This document shows positions 49,223 through 62,609 of a stretch of DNA of 64,000 bases, in pieces. The stretch is taken from contig CT868618.1 in assembly GCA_000165425.1 (NCBI GenBank), positions 327,827-391,826 of the forward strand, read 5' to 3'. This DNA is from Paramecium tetraurelia (lineage: Eukaryota). Both the position numbers and the translations under genes were made by a program. Under the pieces are notes generated by a model that worked only from the letters and a program-made list of their open reading frames with translations, was not told where the DNA came from and did not search any database. Every line of letters begins with the position of its first letter. The first letter of the stretch is position 1.

Positions 49223-50585
49223 ATGTATAATTAATTTATTGATGAGGAAGGTCATGAGAGATAAATATAATATTTGGTGGACTTAGGTATTTAGTAATTT
49301 AAGAAAAGGATTCCCCGAAAGCAAAGCAAGAAGGGGAGTAGAATAATTTGGTTATACAATAACCCTAGAAGATTTAATTAACAGAATCCTAGACATGAGC
49401 GATGACAATTCAAAAAAATCAAATGGAAACAAAGTCAGTCTAATTCATTTTTCCGATTCAAGCAGCGAAAAAAACTCACCTTTCAATTAACCCTTACAAC
49501 AATCATAATCTTAAAAATAATGCCAGACTAAATAGAATCAATAACCTCAGAAACAGAACAGTTCCCAATTTTAACAACAATAAAAAGTATAGTAGCAATA
49601 CTAGCCCCAACAATAGTTCTAACAATAGAATCAATATTAACAGTAGGTACAACAATAATCGTAGCCATGTTCATTCCAAAATATATTATAGTTCTAATAA
49701 CCATGTGAACATGATGAATTTCCAAAATGTTAGGTGTGCTTTACATAACCAATATAATGGCTTCATTTTGAATGCAAACATCAGTTCTGCTAACCATGTG
49801 TAATCAAGAATATAAAAGCCTCCAGAATAAGAAAGATTGAATAGGTTACCTGTTTACAAGAGGATTGCCATTAAAAATTAGTCAAAGAAGAGATCCATCT
49901 GGTGAGTAATGAGTTACTCCCTTAAATTGATGTATCTTCCTTATCAAAATTAGATTGAACCCTATAATGAACCGATATGCACAAAATGTAAATTGCCATA
50001 AGTGGCACACAAATTTAAATTGTTTTCCAATGCCTGTGACAATGCAGAGTTCACAATCCTGAGTGCTTGTGTTAAGCATGACGAAGAAGGCAACCAACTT
50101 CAGAGATGTCCTTAATGTGGGATATGGGTGCAAAAATCTAAAGGATGTAACTCTGTCTTATGTTCGTACATTTATTATTTTATAATAAGATTAGCTATTG
50201 TAAATATAATTGGTGTTGGTTATGCAGAAGATAATGTGATAGCAATCACTACGTGTTTTTCAATCCTACTGGTTGTCCAGGTTTGGGGGCTGAAGAATTT
50301 ACAATTGAATAATATCCCTGTCACAAAATATGCTGGATTAGAGTAAAGGTGATTCTCATATATTTCCTTTTGATTTTGCTCTGTATAATAGTCTATCCTT
50401 TTTTCGTTGCGTAAGTAGTTATAAGAAGAATGAAAATTGACACCCAAGGAAACATATGTTACCGCGTTTCCGTCTATATAGGCATAGCAATTTTATTTTT
50501 AGTGCTCTCGTGTCTGGCTATCTTTCCAGGTATCATCATTTTCATAGTTTCATAACAAGCAAGATTATCAGTGTTTGCTAGATGA
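49223..50585 (+). CDS. membrane-anchored RBR-like E3 ligase: UBA, Q-rich linker, RING1, partial IBR, RING2, two TM
   Basis: LVDLGFPESKARR (UBA, after a 22-nt intron); CQVCF...CKHQFCQPC...CLQEDC; CTKC...H...C; QRCPQCGIWVQKSKGCNSVLCSYCKYNWCWLC; two hydrophobic helices. Confidence 0.8.
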
Positions 50586-50625
50586 CTAATATTTTAATTT
50601 TTTATAATTTAATTAACGAATAAAA

Positions 50626-52176
50626 ATGGGGCAGTAACAATCTACAGGATATGACTTATCATAATATTAATATGTTGATGAAGTCGTAGATCCAATTTAT
50701 GGAGAAGGCAAGCTATTCCAAAAGCATGAGACAGGAGAGATCATTTGTCTTATCGAAAAAATGATCTAAGAGGAAACTAAAACCTAAGAAATGTCACTTA
50801 AGTTGGATCATCCAAATCTATTAAAGATTTATCATTAATAAGTAAGTGTGATGAAAGAATTGTGCTCCTCTATTAATAAATTAACTATTGTTTATGAATT
50901 TACGAGTCTAAATTTAATTACTAACATCAATCATAGAAGAACCAAGAACATTCCATTTACTTAATAACAATTATGGGGTCTTTTGCATCAATCTTTGAGT
51001 GCCCTAAATTACCTTAAATAATTTGACATCTACCCTATGGATTTGAAACAAATGATGATTTCTAGTTAAGGTTCTATTAAATTTCATTCAATTTAATCTA
51101 AATAATTGAGTAATTACAAAAAATTGCTTTACAATTTAACAGATGATATCCACATTTCCCCTGAGGAATTAGTCTGTTTAAAGAGAAGAGACACCATACT
51201 AAATTTAGATTATGAAAAGTGTGAATTGTTTCAAATAGGCTTAACATGTTTGTATGCTGCTTCCTTAGTCGAAACTAATGATATTTTTGATCTAAAAACA
51301 TTTTCCTATTCATAGAGTAAGATTCAGTAGAGAATCCAATCACTTAAATACTCAATAGATTTCAAGAGCATATTAAATCAGTTGTTGCATCAAGATCCCT
51401 AAAATCGAGGTACATTCTACACTTGGTTAAATTAATTGGCATAAATAGATGCTGAAAATAACATGTTATTATTGTAAACTTAGGATCAATCCAATAATCT
51501 TAAGATTAATAAGTAGGTTAATTAATTTTTAGATTATCAAATAGAATATATGCCTCAAAATCTTCCTTAAAGAATTCCTGAACCTGTTCAATCGCAATAC
51601 TTAATTTCATTATAGTCAAATCTACCAGCTTCAAACCTTCCTCAAAGAACTGTACCACAAAAACCTTTTCACATAGTTACTCCTGATTAATCTAGAATTT
51701 CTAAAGATATTAAGAGATCACAATTATCTCTTCAACACCCACATGACAATAATAAAAGTGAATAACAATTGTACCAGGATTCAGGACAAACAGTTTAAAC
51801 TTAGAATGATGAAAACTTTGACAATGATTAATTCAAATAGCAACAACCATAACAGCAATTAGATTCAAATTATTTTTCTAACTTACCAGCAAATAATAAC
51901 CTTGTTAAGAATTCACAATACCCTATTCAAATGCCAACTTTTTCCTCTAACATTTAATAGCAACAACCCCAAAATGCTTTTAATGTATTGAAATAGAATA
52001 ATTAATATTCCTAATAATTATAAGCTCAGAAACAATCGTAGATGTCATAACATAGTAACAAAAGTCAGAGAGAAGAGAGGATTGAGCAGGCAGTTAAATC
52101 ATCCAAAATGGCACTGCAACAATTTGAATTTGCTCTATAATCGGCATCAAAGGGACAGCCTCCTGGTAATATATGA
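50626..52176 (+). CDS. N-myristoylation-motif pseudokinase with a Q/P-rich tail
   Basis: MGQQQS. The kinase fold is recognisable (LDHPNLLKIY, IVYEF, QLWGLLHQSLSALNYLK, HISPEE, LFQIGLTCL, LLHQDPQNR) but GxGxxG, HRD and DFG are missing. Confidence 0.75.
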
Positions 52177-52227
52177 TCAGATTATGTTTATTTATTTTAT
52201 CACTTATAATTTTATTAATAAAAATTG

Positions 52228-53846
52228 ATGTGGTTGGAAAATAATGAAGCTGACATTCCTTAAGATTATGGCAAACTCAAACAATAAAACATTAAATTGA
52301 GAAATGAGTTGAAGCAAATAAACGAGTTTCTATCGAAGTAAATTGAGAAAAAATAGGATCAACAAATTAGTTAAAGACACTAATTGAATACCACCGTAGA
52401 TTTAAGAGAAGGTTTGTTTCATTTCTAATTTAGACACTCTCAAAGCAGAATTGCTCAATGCTTAAAAATAAATAAAGATTTAATTGAAACAAATTTAAAT
52501 TCTATAAAATAGACAAGAATTGCTATCATTGGATAAGTAAGCGTAAACAATTAATTATAGCATTGTTCAATTGTAATCGTAAGTTAAGAAATTAATGGAC
52601 AAAGTAAAAGAACTTGAACAAGAAAATAAGATCTTGATTAGCATAAATGGAAAACAGGAAAAAAAGTTAGTTGAACTATCTCAAGATGATTATGTAAAGA
52701 ATCGAATTGATTAATTGGAATCGGAAAATTAATTTCTAAAATAGAAAGTAATTGCTCAAAGTAAGGCTGAACGATCGTAATCTGTTTAAATAACAAAAGT
52801 TGAACCAATCTTGAAACCTATTTAATTAAGTCAGAAGTAATAAGAGTTAATGAAAGAAAAGGATCTATTTATTGTATTATCTAAATGATATATTCTGTAG
52901 TCTTAAATGCAAACAAAATTATAGGAATAGGACAAGCATATCAACATTTTGAAGAATCTAAAGAACTAATACGATAAACAAATTGGTCACATGGCTCATA
53001 GAATTAAATAACTTGAAACCCAATTGTTGATATTGGGTCAACAATTATAAGATAAAGTAATTACTGTTACCTATTCCATAGAATTCAGAATTGAACAAAA
53101 AGAACCATTTATTGCCAAATCTAAGTGCTAGAAATCAAAGAAATCAATAACAAAGGATCAACTTGAGTGTTGATAATGGTTTAGTTGATTAGCCTAAAAC
53201 TCAAATTTAAATAAATTAACAATATTCAAAATTGCCCTCTGAAGTTTAATCTAAACGCTAACCAACTTTAGATCTATCATCACAAACATTACGAAGCTAA
53301 AATCACATAAATAATGAATAGAATCAAGATATGAAAATACTCAGAATTGAATAAGTAGGGTAAAAGAATTAATAGGAATTTCATTCTGATATCCCATAAT
53401 ATTTTAGATTACATAATCTTAAATTATGGTGGAAGGAGGATTATTTATAAGGTTTGCAGGCTTATTATCATAATGCTAATTAGATCGTAAATGGTTAAAT
53501 ATTCTGTTTGAGCAATTTAGAAGAATTAAATCAATAATCTTTTGAATTACATTAATCAGACTGGATTCATTAAATTGGATTTGGTTTTGAAAACGATAAA
53601 ATAAGTATGAAATATATATATCATTCTCAAATAGAATTTGTTAAGATAATCTCAAATTAAAATTGTGTATTGAAATTTGGTTCCGAAATGGAGAAAATTC
53701 AAGAAATTTGTTCAGGGAAAAATGAAATAATGGGAACTATTGAAGTCTCATTTAATTAATGTACAATTATATTTAACCATATTATAGTATTTATAGCAAG
53801 TATAGGCCTTAAGGTATACGACGAGAAATTATTTGATAAAATATGA
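52228..53846 (+). CDS. coiled-coil protein with a C-terminal jacalin-like beta-prism domain
   Basis: N-terminal heptads. The C-terminus reads LKLWWKEDYLQGLQAYY...FELHQSDWIHQIGF...KFVKIISNQNCVLKFG...FIASIGLKV. Confidence 0.6.
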
Positions 53847-53970
53847 TTTAATTTACTTTCTATTGCTTATATTAAATTAATCCTCTATTACATTTTATGA
53901 CTAGATAAAAAGAGTAAAATTATATTGAAAAATATTAAATTCTATTATTTTGGTAATTTCAGATGATAAA

Positions 53971-56704
53971 TCATTTTAGATTTTCTCCAATAAATCCATT
54001 GGCTGTGTTAAAAAGGTTGATTGGATTTTTGCCATCAGTAACTAAGAATCCTTTAAGTCCTAAACCTCCTAATAATTTAGCCTTAGTTTCTGGTCCAGCC
54101 TTAGCCATAGCTATGATTGTTTCTTTTCCAATAGCTTAAATTTATTGTTTGAATTTCTTGATTTCAATATCTGACAACTCTTTGGCTTTCTTGATTTCTA
54201 AATCAATAAGTTGCTAAAATATAGAATGATAAGGATACTTTTTAATAGTTGATTTCGGCCTCTTGTTCTTATCTTTGTTAGTCTAACAGAGCTTCCTATT
54301 CAATTTGTAAGGCCTTTGATCTCAATTCAGCTTGATTGACTTCTGCTTCAGCTTTGATCTTTTTTTCCATAGTTTCAGCTATGGCTCTGGCTACAGCCTC
54401 TCCCTCTGCTCTAACCTTGGCACTCTAGGCTTGTTGCTTTAATAACTCAATTTTTGTTTCTTCTGCCTTAGCTTAATCAAGAAGCTTTTATCTAGCTAAT
54501 TGACCTTTAGCTTCTTATTCTAACTTTGAAGCTTAGTGTCTGGATTGCATTTCTTGACTCTTTGAACTGATTTCAATAGCCAAATTGATACTCTGACTTA
54601 ATTGTCTTCTGGTTGCTTCATCTGTAATCTCCTAGCCTTAAATATCAACAGATGTAATGACTAGATTGTTGGCATCAAAGGTGAATGATGTTCTGATTTC
54701 ACTTCCTTCTTTTCCAAAGACAGCCTCTCTAATTTTCATGCTGGAATTGTTATGGAAATCTTCAAATGTGATGGAAGAAACAGCTCCTCTGACTCTAGAA
54801 GCAATTGATTTGCAAGCATCTCCAACAAAGTCTTTGACTGCAAATAATTTTTATGCATCATTAGGATCATCCTTATTAACTTTAAAGTGCCAATTGTAAC
54901 TGAGTGTTAATTTTAATTTGGCATGATCACTTGTCTCAACAATCAATTAATCAGTCATAAAGTCTGGGCCTAAACTTAAAGTCAAAGTTTGAATAAGATT
55001 TTCTACCTTAGGTTTGCCTCCTGATAATTTAATGACTGTGAATTATTCATCAGGTCCAAGCATCACAAGATCTGGTCCAAAAACGACTCTTGATTTTTTG
55101 AGTTTGTAATCATATAATTAAATGGCTGAATTATGAGGTGCTTTGAATGAAATAATTTTAGTTTTGTCCCTAGGCTTAAGTTTTTCTGATTCGAAATTAT
55201 AGGTCATTTTTCCAGATGCTTATACTGATGGTGGAACGTATGGTTAACCACTTGCTGCTCTTTAGACAAGAATTTCAACATTTTCTGGTAAATGCTTTTC
55301 CCATAATGATTCATGGGCTTCCAATAAATAGGTTTTTCCTTTGATTCTATAAATAACTTGATTATTATTACTCTTTGACTTCTCCAGTACGATTATCTCT
55401 AACGTAAATACCTTCATTAGCATCCAATGGAATGGCTCTTCGTTTTTCTATCACTAAAATCTTAACTCCTGGAATGTATTCTCTAGGTCCTCTAACTATC
55501 CATCTCTATCCAGCCTTTTTGAATTATCCATCCTCTTCCTAATGATCATAGATGGCCTAAACCAAAAGTGCTTCCTCTTCACCTAAAATGACAATCTAAA
55601 TTTAATTAACTTTTTTATTACATCTTCGATTTTTCCTCCCAATAATTCTTCTCCTGGTTATAAAAAGAAAGTCGTTTCTCCCTTGATTAGTACTTGAATT
55701 CCCCAATCGTTTTATTAAAGTTTAGGATTGTAAGGGTTTAGGATAATACAATAATTCCTTGAACCAAGTGTGATAGCCTGTTCAACAGCCACCAATTATT
55801 CATAAACATCTGTAATATGAACTTAAGCCTATTTATTAGTGATGATCCATTCAAATCCTGGTTTTCTCTTGATGCCATATACGTCTGTAAATTCATTAAG
55901 TGCTCTTAGATGAACACATACTTTATCTGTGAGAACAACTCCTTTTACTACTTCAGAGACTCTCTCAAATGTATCAGGCAAATATGAACCTGTAGTTCTG
56001 ATGAGCCATTCTTGACTAGATAATATTTAAAAATATATTTTACCCAGCTCTTCTTTCTTTACCTTTTTTATCAATAAAAGTTTGGGTTGCTTTCAATTTC
56101 ACAGCTTAATTTGGTTTAATGACTTCAGCCTTTACAATCTCAACAATTTATTCTTCTGCTCTAGGATAATAAGTAAAAGGTCCGTTGCGTTACCTAAGTT
56201 ATGTTTAAATGAAAATATTACCATTCTTCCCCAGCTTACTTTTTCTTTCCTTCAACTTCGAAGTCTCTAATAGCGACTAGTCTCAAGGCTGTATTTTATT
56301 AGACGATAAGCAATGTTTCTACTTTGCCTTCCAACTTTTCCCCTAAATTGTTGTTATGTTTAAATTTTACCTGGAAACAAAGGGAAAGGATCTGAATAAT
56401 CATCAGCAGTTCTGTATTCTATTTCTCCTCTCTGAATTTCCACTTCACCGTAAGCATTTTTCACAGGTAAATTTCTTACATCCCTCAATATTGGATTCTG
56501 AATCTTGCAATATGTCTTTGGTGGTAAGCTTATCATTTTGTTTGGACCTTCAATGATGCTTTCATGCTCTTTTCTGATGAATGTAAGGGGGCCAACTTCC
56601 AATCTAAAATTTCTTCAGATTCAACATTACCTTGCTGTGTTGGTATTTTGATCTAAAACATGGATGTATTGGTTAGGAGGAATTCTTGTGACATACTCTG
56701 CCAT
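53971..56704 (-). CDS. MVP: major vault protein
   Basis: [117 protein letters not shown]. Confidence 0.97.
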
Positions 56705-57029
56705 TGTATTTGATATTTTAATTAATGAAATAAATTATCATTCTTTTTATGGCTTTGAGTATATGATATATATTAAAGATTTAATTAATTCTTAATTTTT
56801 GGATACTAATTATAAAAAATCTATGTTTTTATACTAAATTACTTTAAATAAATATTAATGTTAATTAAAAATAAGTTATATCAATGATTCAAAAAATTTA
56901 AGGGAATATATTTTGATTTATTTGAATGCTAAAGGCTACTTATTTCGCATTTGCACTTAATTAAGAAAAGAAAAAACTTTTATCCCCTTTAATTGAATTA
57001 ATTTTATAACTTCACTTTAATTATTATTA

Positions 57030-57611
57030 ATGAAAAAGGTTGATTATGATCTTTTAGTGACTGACAACGTCAATGTCACTAAATATCGTAAAATAATCAG
57101 ATGTAATGGCGATGCAACCGTACATAGTTTAAAATAAAACCTATCCCAATCCATCAAATGCAGCTTTGAAATTATATTTAATGATGAAATCTTGATCGAA
57201 GGAATGCTCCTTAAAGACATTTTATCTAAACATCTCTAGAATTGTGTCATTCTTAATCCAATCAAGGAGCCTATTCCTGATTAAATTAAGAAACACGATT
57301 TTCAAGTCAAATCCGTGGCTCGATACAAGGAGCAAGATGAATTCATAGAGCAATTAATAGATCAATCTTAATTAAAAAAAATTCTGGATAATCCAAATGA
57401 GTTTGAAACTAAAGACGATTGCAAACCACAAAAATGTTGTCAATCTTGTCAAGTAAAAAAATAAATTCTTTCTAATTATGAAGTTTCAATGGAAAGTCTT
57501 TTAAGCGAAAATGCTGAATTAAAACATTAGATATCGGAATTAGAAAAATAAATAAGAATTAGTATTTATAAGCAAAAGCTATAATAATAATAATAAAAAC
57601 ATAAAAAGTGA
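57030..57611 (+). CDS. hypothetical protein, possibly a ubiquitin-like N-terminus plus coiled coil
   Basis: 193-codon intronless frame; TVHSLKQNL...IIFNDEIL...LLKDI pattern. Confidence 0.6.
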
Positions 57612-57746
57612 ATATAAATACACTTAATAATCAATATCTTAAATAATTATATTTCTAGCAATAATACCTTTTAATTTTAAAGAAAGCAATTCATAATAAT
57701 ATATAAGAGCAGAAATGTTTAGAAAATCGATTAAAAATTATAATTT

Positions 57747-58841
57747 TCAATTAAACAACTCCCTTAATTTAATTACTGAGGCAACTACCTTATCTCTTAT
57801 AGTTTTTTATGTTAAATGAAATCCAACCTTAATTCCAAAATCTGCATCAATATATCCTTTAATTGTTAGACTAGACTTATTTTTCTAGCTAATTTTTAGA
57901 CCTCCTAAAGTTAGATTGCCCTCTTAAAATTCATTTTAATACTCTTCCCTAATAATAAGTTGATTCAATTACAATTTATCTTGAAATCTCACTGATTAGA
58001 ATGCAATATAATGCACTTCATCTATTTTTCGAATGATTTTTAAATAAGTAAAGTATTATTGCTTAATCATCCCTTGTCTATTTAATGTGATTTCACCAAT
58101 AGATACTTCTTCATTTAGTCTTTCCAAATTGTATGTGTTGATTAATTCAAAATCAAATAACTTTTTTTCATTTGACCAATTTAAGAATGTAGTAATATCA
58201 GTATTAAGATCAAAAGAAAATCTAAGATATATGCATAAATACTTGATTATTAAAAACATTTTTTTATTTCTCATTTGATGCGAAGCAAATAGGTCAATGT
58301 CAAGTCCGTTTACGAGATACTCACTATCACCATTATTCTCATCTTCAATCTTCTCAATAAATGATTTCATAGTCTCGGAGGCATAAGAATTGAATTCTGA
58401 TTGATCGATATTATTGATGCTTGGTAACGTTAATAATTATCCTTGTTTAAGAGAGAGGGGATAAGGAGAGTCCAAACTTGGATTGGTTTTACACTCTTAA
58501 TTAATCATGAATTATTGTGATTCATTTTGATTTTAATTTGAATTCATCTATGAAGACCTAAGAGCAGATAATTATTAATTTGAAATCGTTTCAAGTGTAA
58601 TGTCATTTTCATTTTTTTCATCTATTTGAGTAATTGTTTTTTCATTTGATTATGTTCTATCTAGGGTAAAGCCTAATTGATGAAAATTGAATTCACTTAT
58701 TTGTTGAGCATTTATTTTTCCTTGTGTTTCCTCCTCTGGGTTATTCGACAAATTGACCAACTAATGAGTTTATGTCTGCGAGATAGGTTTTGGTTTGAAC
58801 AAATGAAAACACTCTTTACATTTCATTATTATATTTCCCAT
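57747..58841 (-). CDS. START-like domain protein with an N-terminal MGN..C acylation motif
   Basis: MGNIIMKCKEC...; C-terminus QYFTYLKIIRKIDEVHYIAFQSV...EGNLTLGGLKI...TIKGYIDADFGIKV. Confidence 0.7.
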
Positions 58842-59099
58842 TTACAATTTGTGTGTAAAATTTTAGTTTTATATTTCTCTATTAACATTAATAAAATTAC
58901 TTAAAAAATCATTTCATCTTTCATATTGAATTTAGGCTTAATCAAATGTAAAATTATGAAAGATAACAATAATCAATAAAAATAGTAATTTTCAACGAAC
59001 GTTTTAGTCTATCATCGCATTAGAAATAAAATATTAATTCCATATCGAAATTTATATAACTAAATATTGAAATAATACAAGTCTCATAATTCAAATGAC

Positions 59100-59505
59100 T
59101 ATTACTTTCTTGCCTTGAATGGATTTAACCAAGTTCCGTAATCGTTCTGAGTAGTACTTTAATCACCTCCAAATTTTAATACTGTCATCGGACCTATCTA
59201 GGGAGATTCGCCGATAGTTTATTAAAATATAATGGCACTCTTTTTCGGCTTTTCACTAAAATATCATATTTTATCTACTAATAATCTTATTCTTTTTTTG
59301 CAGGGTCAGTCTTGAACTATATTCCCAAAGATCTGAGATATGCAACCACTCTCCTCTCTACTTCCAATTACTCTCTATTTTCGCAATGGAATTAAGGCAA
59401 GAAGCTATCCAATGACTCCACTGACTCGGCTACTCTTTAGTAATCTTCCATTATTTCTATCTTCGATCTTGATAAATCATCTGCAAGCCTTTTACCGTAT
59501 TGCAT
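59100..59505 (-). pseudogene. possible decayed gene fragment
   Basis: Coding-like GC content and a 65-codon frame (MQYGKRLADDLSRSKIEIMEDY...), then TGA stops in all frames with no rescuing intron. Confidence 0.3.
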
Positions 59506-59677
59506 GTATAAATATGATAATTATAAATAATTTTTCAAAACTTATCAAATCACCTTAAGTACGCAAATAGTTTGGTTGAAAATCCTTTTTCCTAGATATT
59601 AAATATTTGGTATTTCTAATCTTCTTTTTTAGACGTATATTTATTTTATTATTTAATCAATAATATATATTTCCTAT

Positions 59678-60482
59678 ATGGACGCCTATCTCACGCTTGA
59701 ATTAAGAAAAAGATTCAACTCTTCTATGACTTATCAAGAATATCTAGATGCTTATGATAAACCTCCTCCAAAACCTAAGTTAAAGTATGAACCTCAATCA
59801 TTTTAATTTAAGACCAAAAGAATCACCCGTCGTTGCTGAATTACTTCTATTGGAACCCCCAAAAGGGCCTAAACCTTAATCATAAAAATTAGAGATATAT
59901 GAACCAGATGAAATTATCCTGGAAGAATCAGAAACAGATGAACGATCACGAGCACAATCCCCAATACAGAAACCTCCTTGTTACAAAGCTCTAAAGGCTA
60001 ATGTAAATTAGATCATGTTTTAAATTACTAGAATGTCAGAGTAAGAAGCCAGAGTGAAAATTTTGTGTTTTCAGTGTATCGTTTCTTGTAAAACAAGCAA
60101 CATGTCCCTAAATAATGATAAAACTAAATTCATAAAAACTAACATCTAAGCTATTTATAAGTATGTAAGCTCTTCTTAGTTATTTCCGTTTCCCAAAACC
60201 CTCCATCCTCACATCTCAATTCACTTCCTCCTCTCTCTAAACCTATAAATTTAACATTTAAAATAGTAAAGCGTATACAAACAAACTTTAAAATTAACCT
60301 TACTCTTACAAAACTAAATAAATCATACAGACTCACATTATAATAATATGATGATGACATTTTTAAAATATTTCAATTCCTTAACTAGATCAAAAATATT
60401 TATTTTTTTATCTGATTCATCCTAAATGTATGTCCTTGACGACGGAAATGGGTTCGTACAAGTCTCATTTAATTAAATTTGA
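59678..60482 (+). CDS. hypothetical protein
   Basis: MDAYLTLELRKRFNSSMTYQEYL..., a 28-nt intron restores the frame, ends VQVSFNQI*. Confidence 0.65.
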
Positions 60483-60816
60483 GGCTTTTATTTCAAGAAA
60501 CCAGAGAAATAAAAAAGAAAATTGATTTGCATATATTTTTAATCTTTTGAAGAAGTTCTATTGAATATCTTTGGACAAATCATTCAGAGAAAGATATGAG
60601 ATTTAAAACATTAATAATTATGAAACTCATTTATATTCTCCAATATGTAAATTCTAAAGAGAAATTGAAAAGAAATTAAAGTTAAACAATTAATTGTTTT
60701 AAATTTCTAATTAAATTATCACTTTAATTTAATTGAATACTGACGAGAATATTATTATTATTGCATTTACAATTAAAGAATGGTTAACATAATTTATGTA
60801 ATATTTTTGATCTTTA

Positions 60817-62390
60817 TCAGAAATAGTTACCAAGGAACTTTTATTCCCTTTTGAAGACCATTTGAGCAAAGAAAACAGCGTCTGTCAAACATTATTCACT
60901 TTGAGAGAACACATGTTTCTAACCTTCGAAATTAGGATGATCAAAGATTGTCAAAGTAGTTCCAGATGGTATTTATAAAGATCTGATCTCATATTAGAAA
61001 TCTCTAAAAAATAATAAAAAACCCAAAAATACTTCATTTAGCTAAGATCTCCGCATGTTTTCATTGATTCACCTTTGAAATAGCACTAGTTGTAAATGAT
61101 GACACAATCATTACCATCACTATTGATATTATTGAACTTTTTACTTTACTAAAGCATCATTATTGTCTAAATTAATATCATTTGGATCAGAACTATTATT
61201 AGACTCTGGTTCTGCTGAGTTATTCTCATCAACCTAGCTATTATTTGATTCTGGTTCGGCTGAATTATTTTCTTCAGTCACTTCTTAAGCCTAATTTTCA
61301 ATGACGACAACTTATTGTTCATCAACAATTTATGCCTCTGCATTATTTGATTCTTCATCAGGGATCAATTTAATTTCTTAATTGACCAAATTTTAGTTTG
61401 ATGGTGAATCATAGAATTAAATTGTCTCTTCTTAGGCTGAAAGATCTTAGAGATTGTTCTCTTATTCTGAATTATCAACTTCATTTTGTTGAACATCCTC
61501 TTGTTAAGCTTATGGGACATCATCAATATAGTTTTCACTTTCTTGGTTATCTTATTAGACATCTTATTCAGTTGTTGCTTCTGCATTAGAGTCATTCTCA
61601 AATGCAACTTCAACATCTTGTGCTTCAGTATCTTGTTATTGTATTTCTTCGTTTTAAACTTCAGATTATTAGACTGAGTCTGTTTCAGGATCAGCATAAA
61701 CATCTTCATTTTCAGCCTATTGAATTTCAACATCACTTGAATTGTCGACATCTTAATCATAGACATCAGCCTCCTATTGAACTTCAACTTGAGGTTCATC
61801 AGTATATTAATCAGTTTCTTATTACTCTTGAACTTCTGCAGGCTCATCAGTTTAGGATTAAAGCTAAACATCATCCTAAGCTTCAACCTAATCATAAGCA
61901 ATATCTTGTTCATTTTAAGTATCGTCAGTGTACTCATTGTTTTATTCTGATTAATCATAATTGTTGTCTTCTACCTCCTACAATTATTCTGAAAAGTCTT
62001 GATCTTATGATTGAAGATCATCATAATTTTCTTACTCTTATTCTTAGACAACCTAAATTATATGTGGTAAGTACTTCAATGTTGTTTTATGGAGTCTCAT
62101 CATCTGGATTTAACATTTATTGTGATTCATCAGTAGTGTTAATGTCAGTGTTCAATTGGACATCATCTAAATCCTACAATTAAGTAACAGAAGCATTGTC
62201 ATCCTAAGACACTAAAGTTGTTGCCTCGACTTCAACATCCTCATTGCTTAATTCTTTTGTATTCTCAACTACATTAACAGCATCCTCTCTAACTATATTT
62301 ATAATAATACTAGTTAGTTTGTAAGAAGGACAAGACAACAGTCATTTGCTATGTTGCCACCAATGCTAACAATAAAATGTAAATTTTCAT
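60817..62390 (-). CDS. secreted, highly acidic protein with a C-terminal beta/gamma-crystallin domain (dense-core granule/trichocyst type)
   Basis: Signal MKIYILLLALVAT; long D/E/Q-rich region; CVIIYNQCYFKGES...EIRSLQIPSGTTLTIFDHPNFEGQKHVFSQSEQCL. Confidence 0.85.
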
Positions 62391-62609
62391 AATTATATAT
62401 TATTAGTTTTTATAAAACGGATCCTTAAAATTTGGAGTTCTTAATATATCTAAATTGAGTGCTTAGAATTTAGGAAATCCTTAAAATTAGAAAGAACATT
62501 AATATCAAAATAAATGAGAGTCGGTCATCTCAACATGTTATCAAAAAGTAATATTTAGTTTACTAACTATGACACATCAATAATAATTGTATCTCAAATA
62601 AGTGAATCT

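Noticed and set aside
59297..59311. In-frame TGA followed by Pro-Cys (possible selenocysteine redox motif)
   Set aside because: It is not a CxxU or UxxC spacing, the frame stops again within about 12 codons, and no thioredoxin fold or SECIS is recognisable.
61365..62183. Long ORFs 61365-61958 (-) and 61602-62183 (+) in the track
   Set aside because: They are off-frame and antisense shadows of the acidic crystallin-domain gene, caused by its biased codons.
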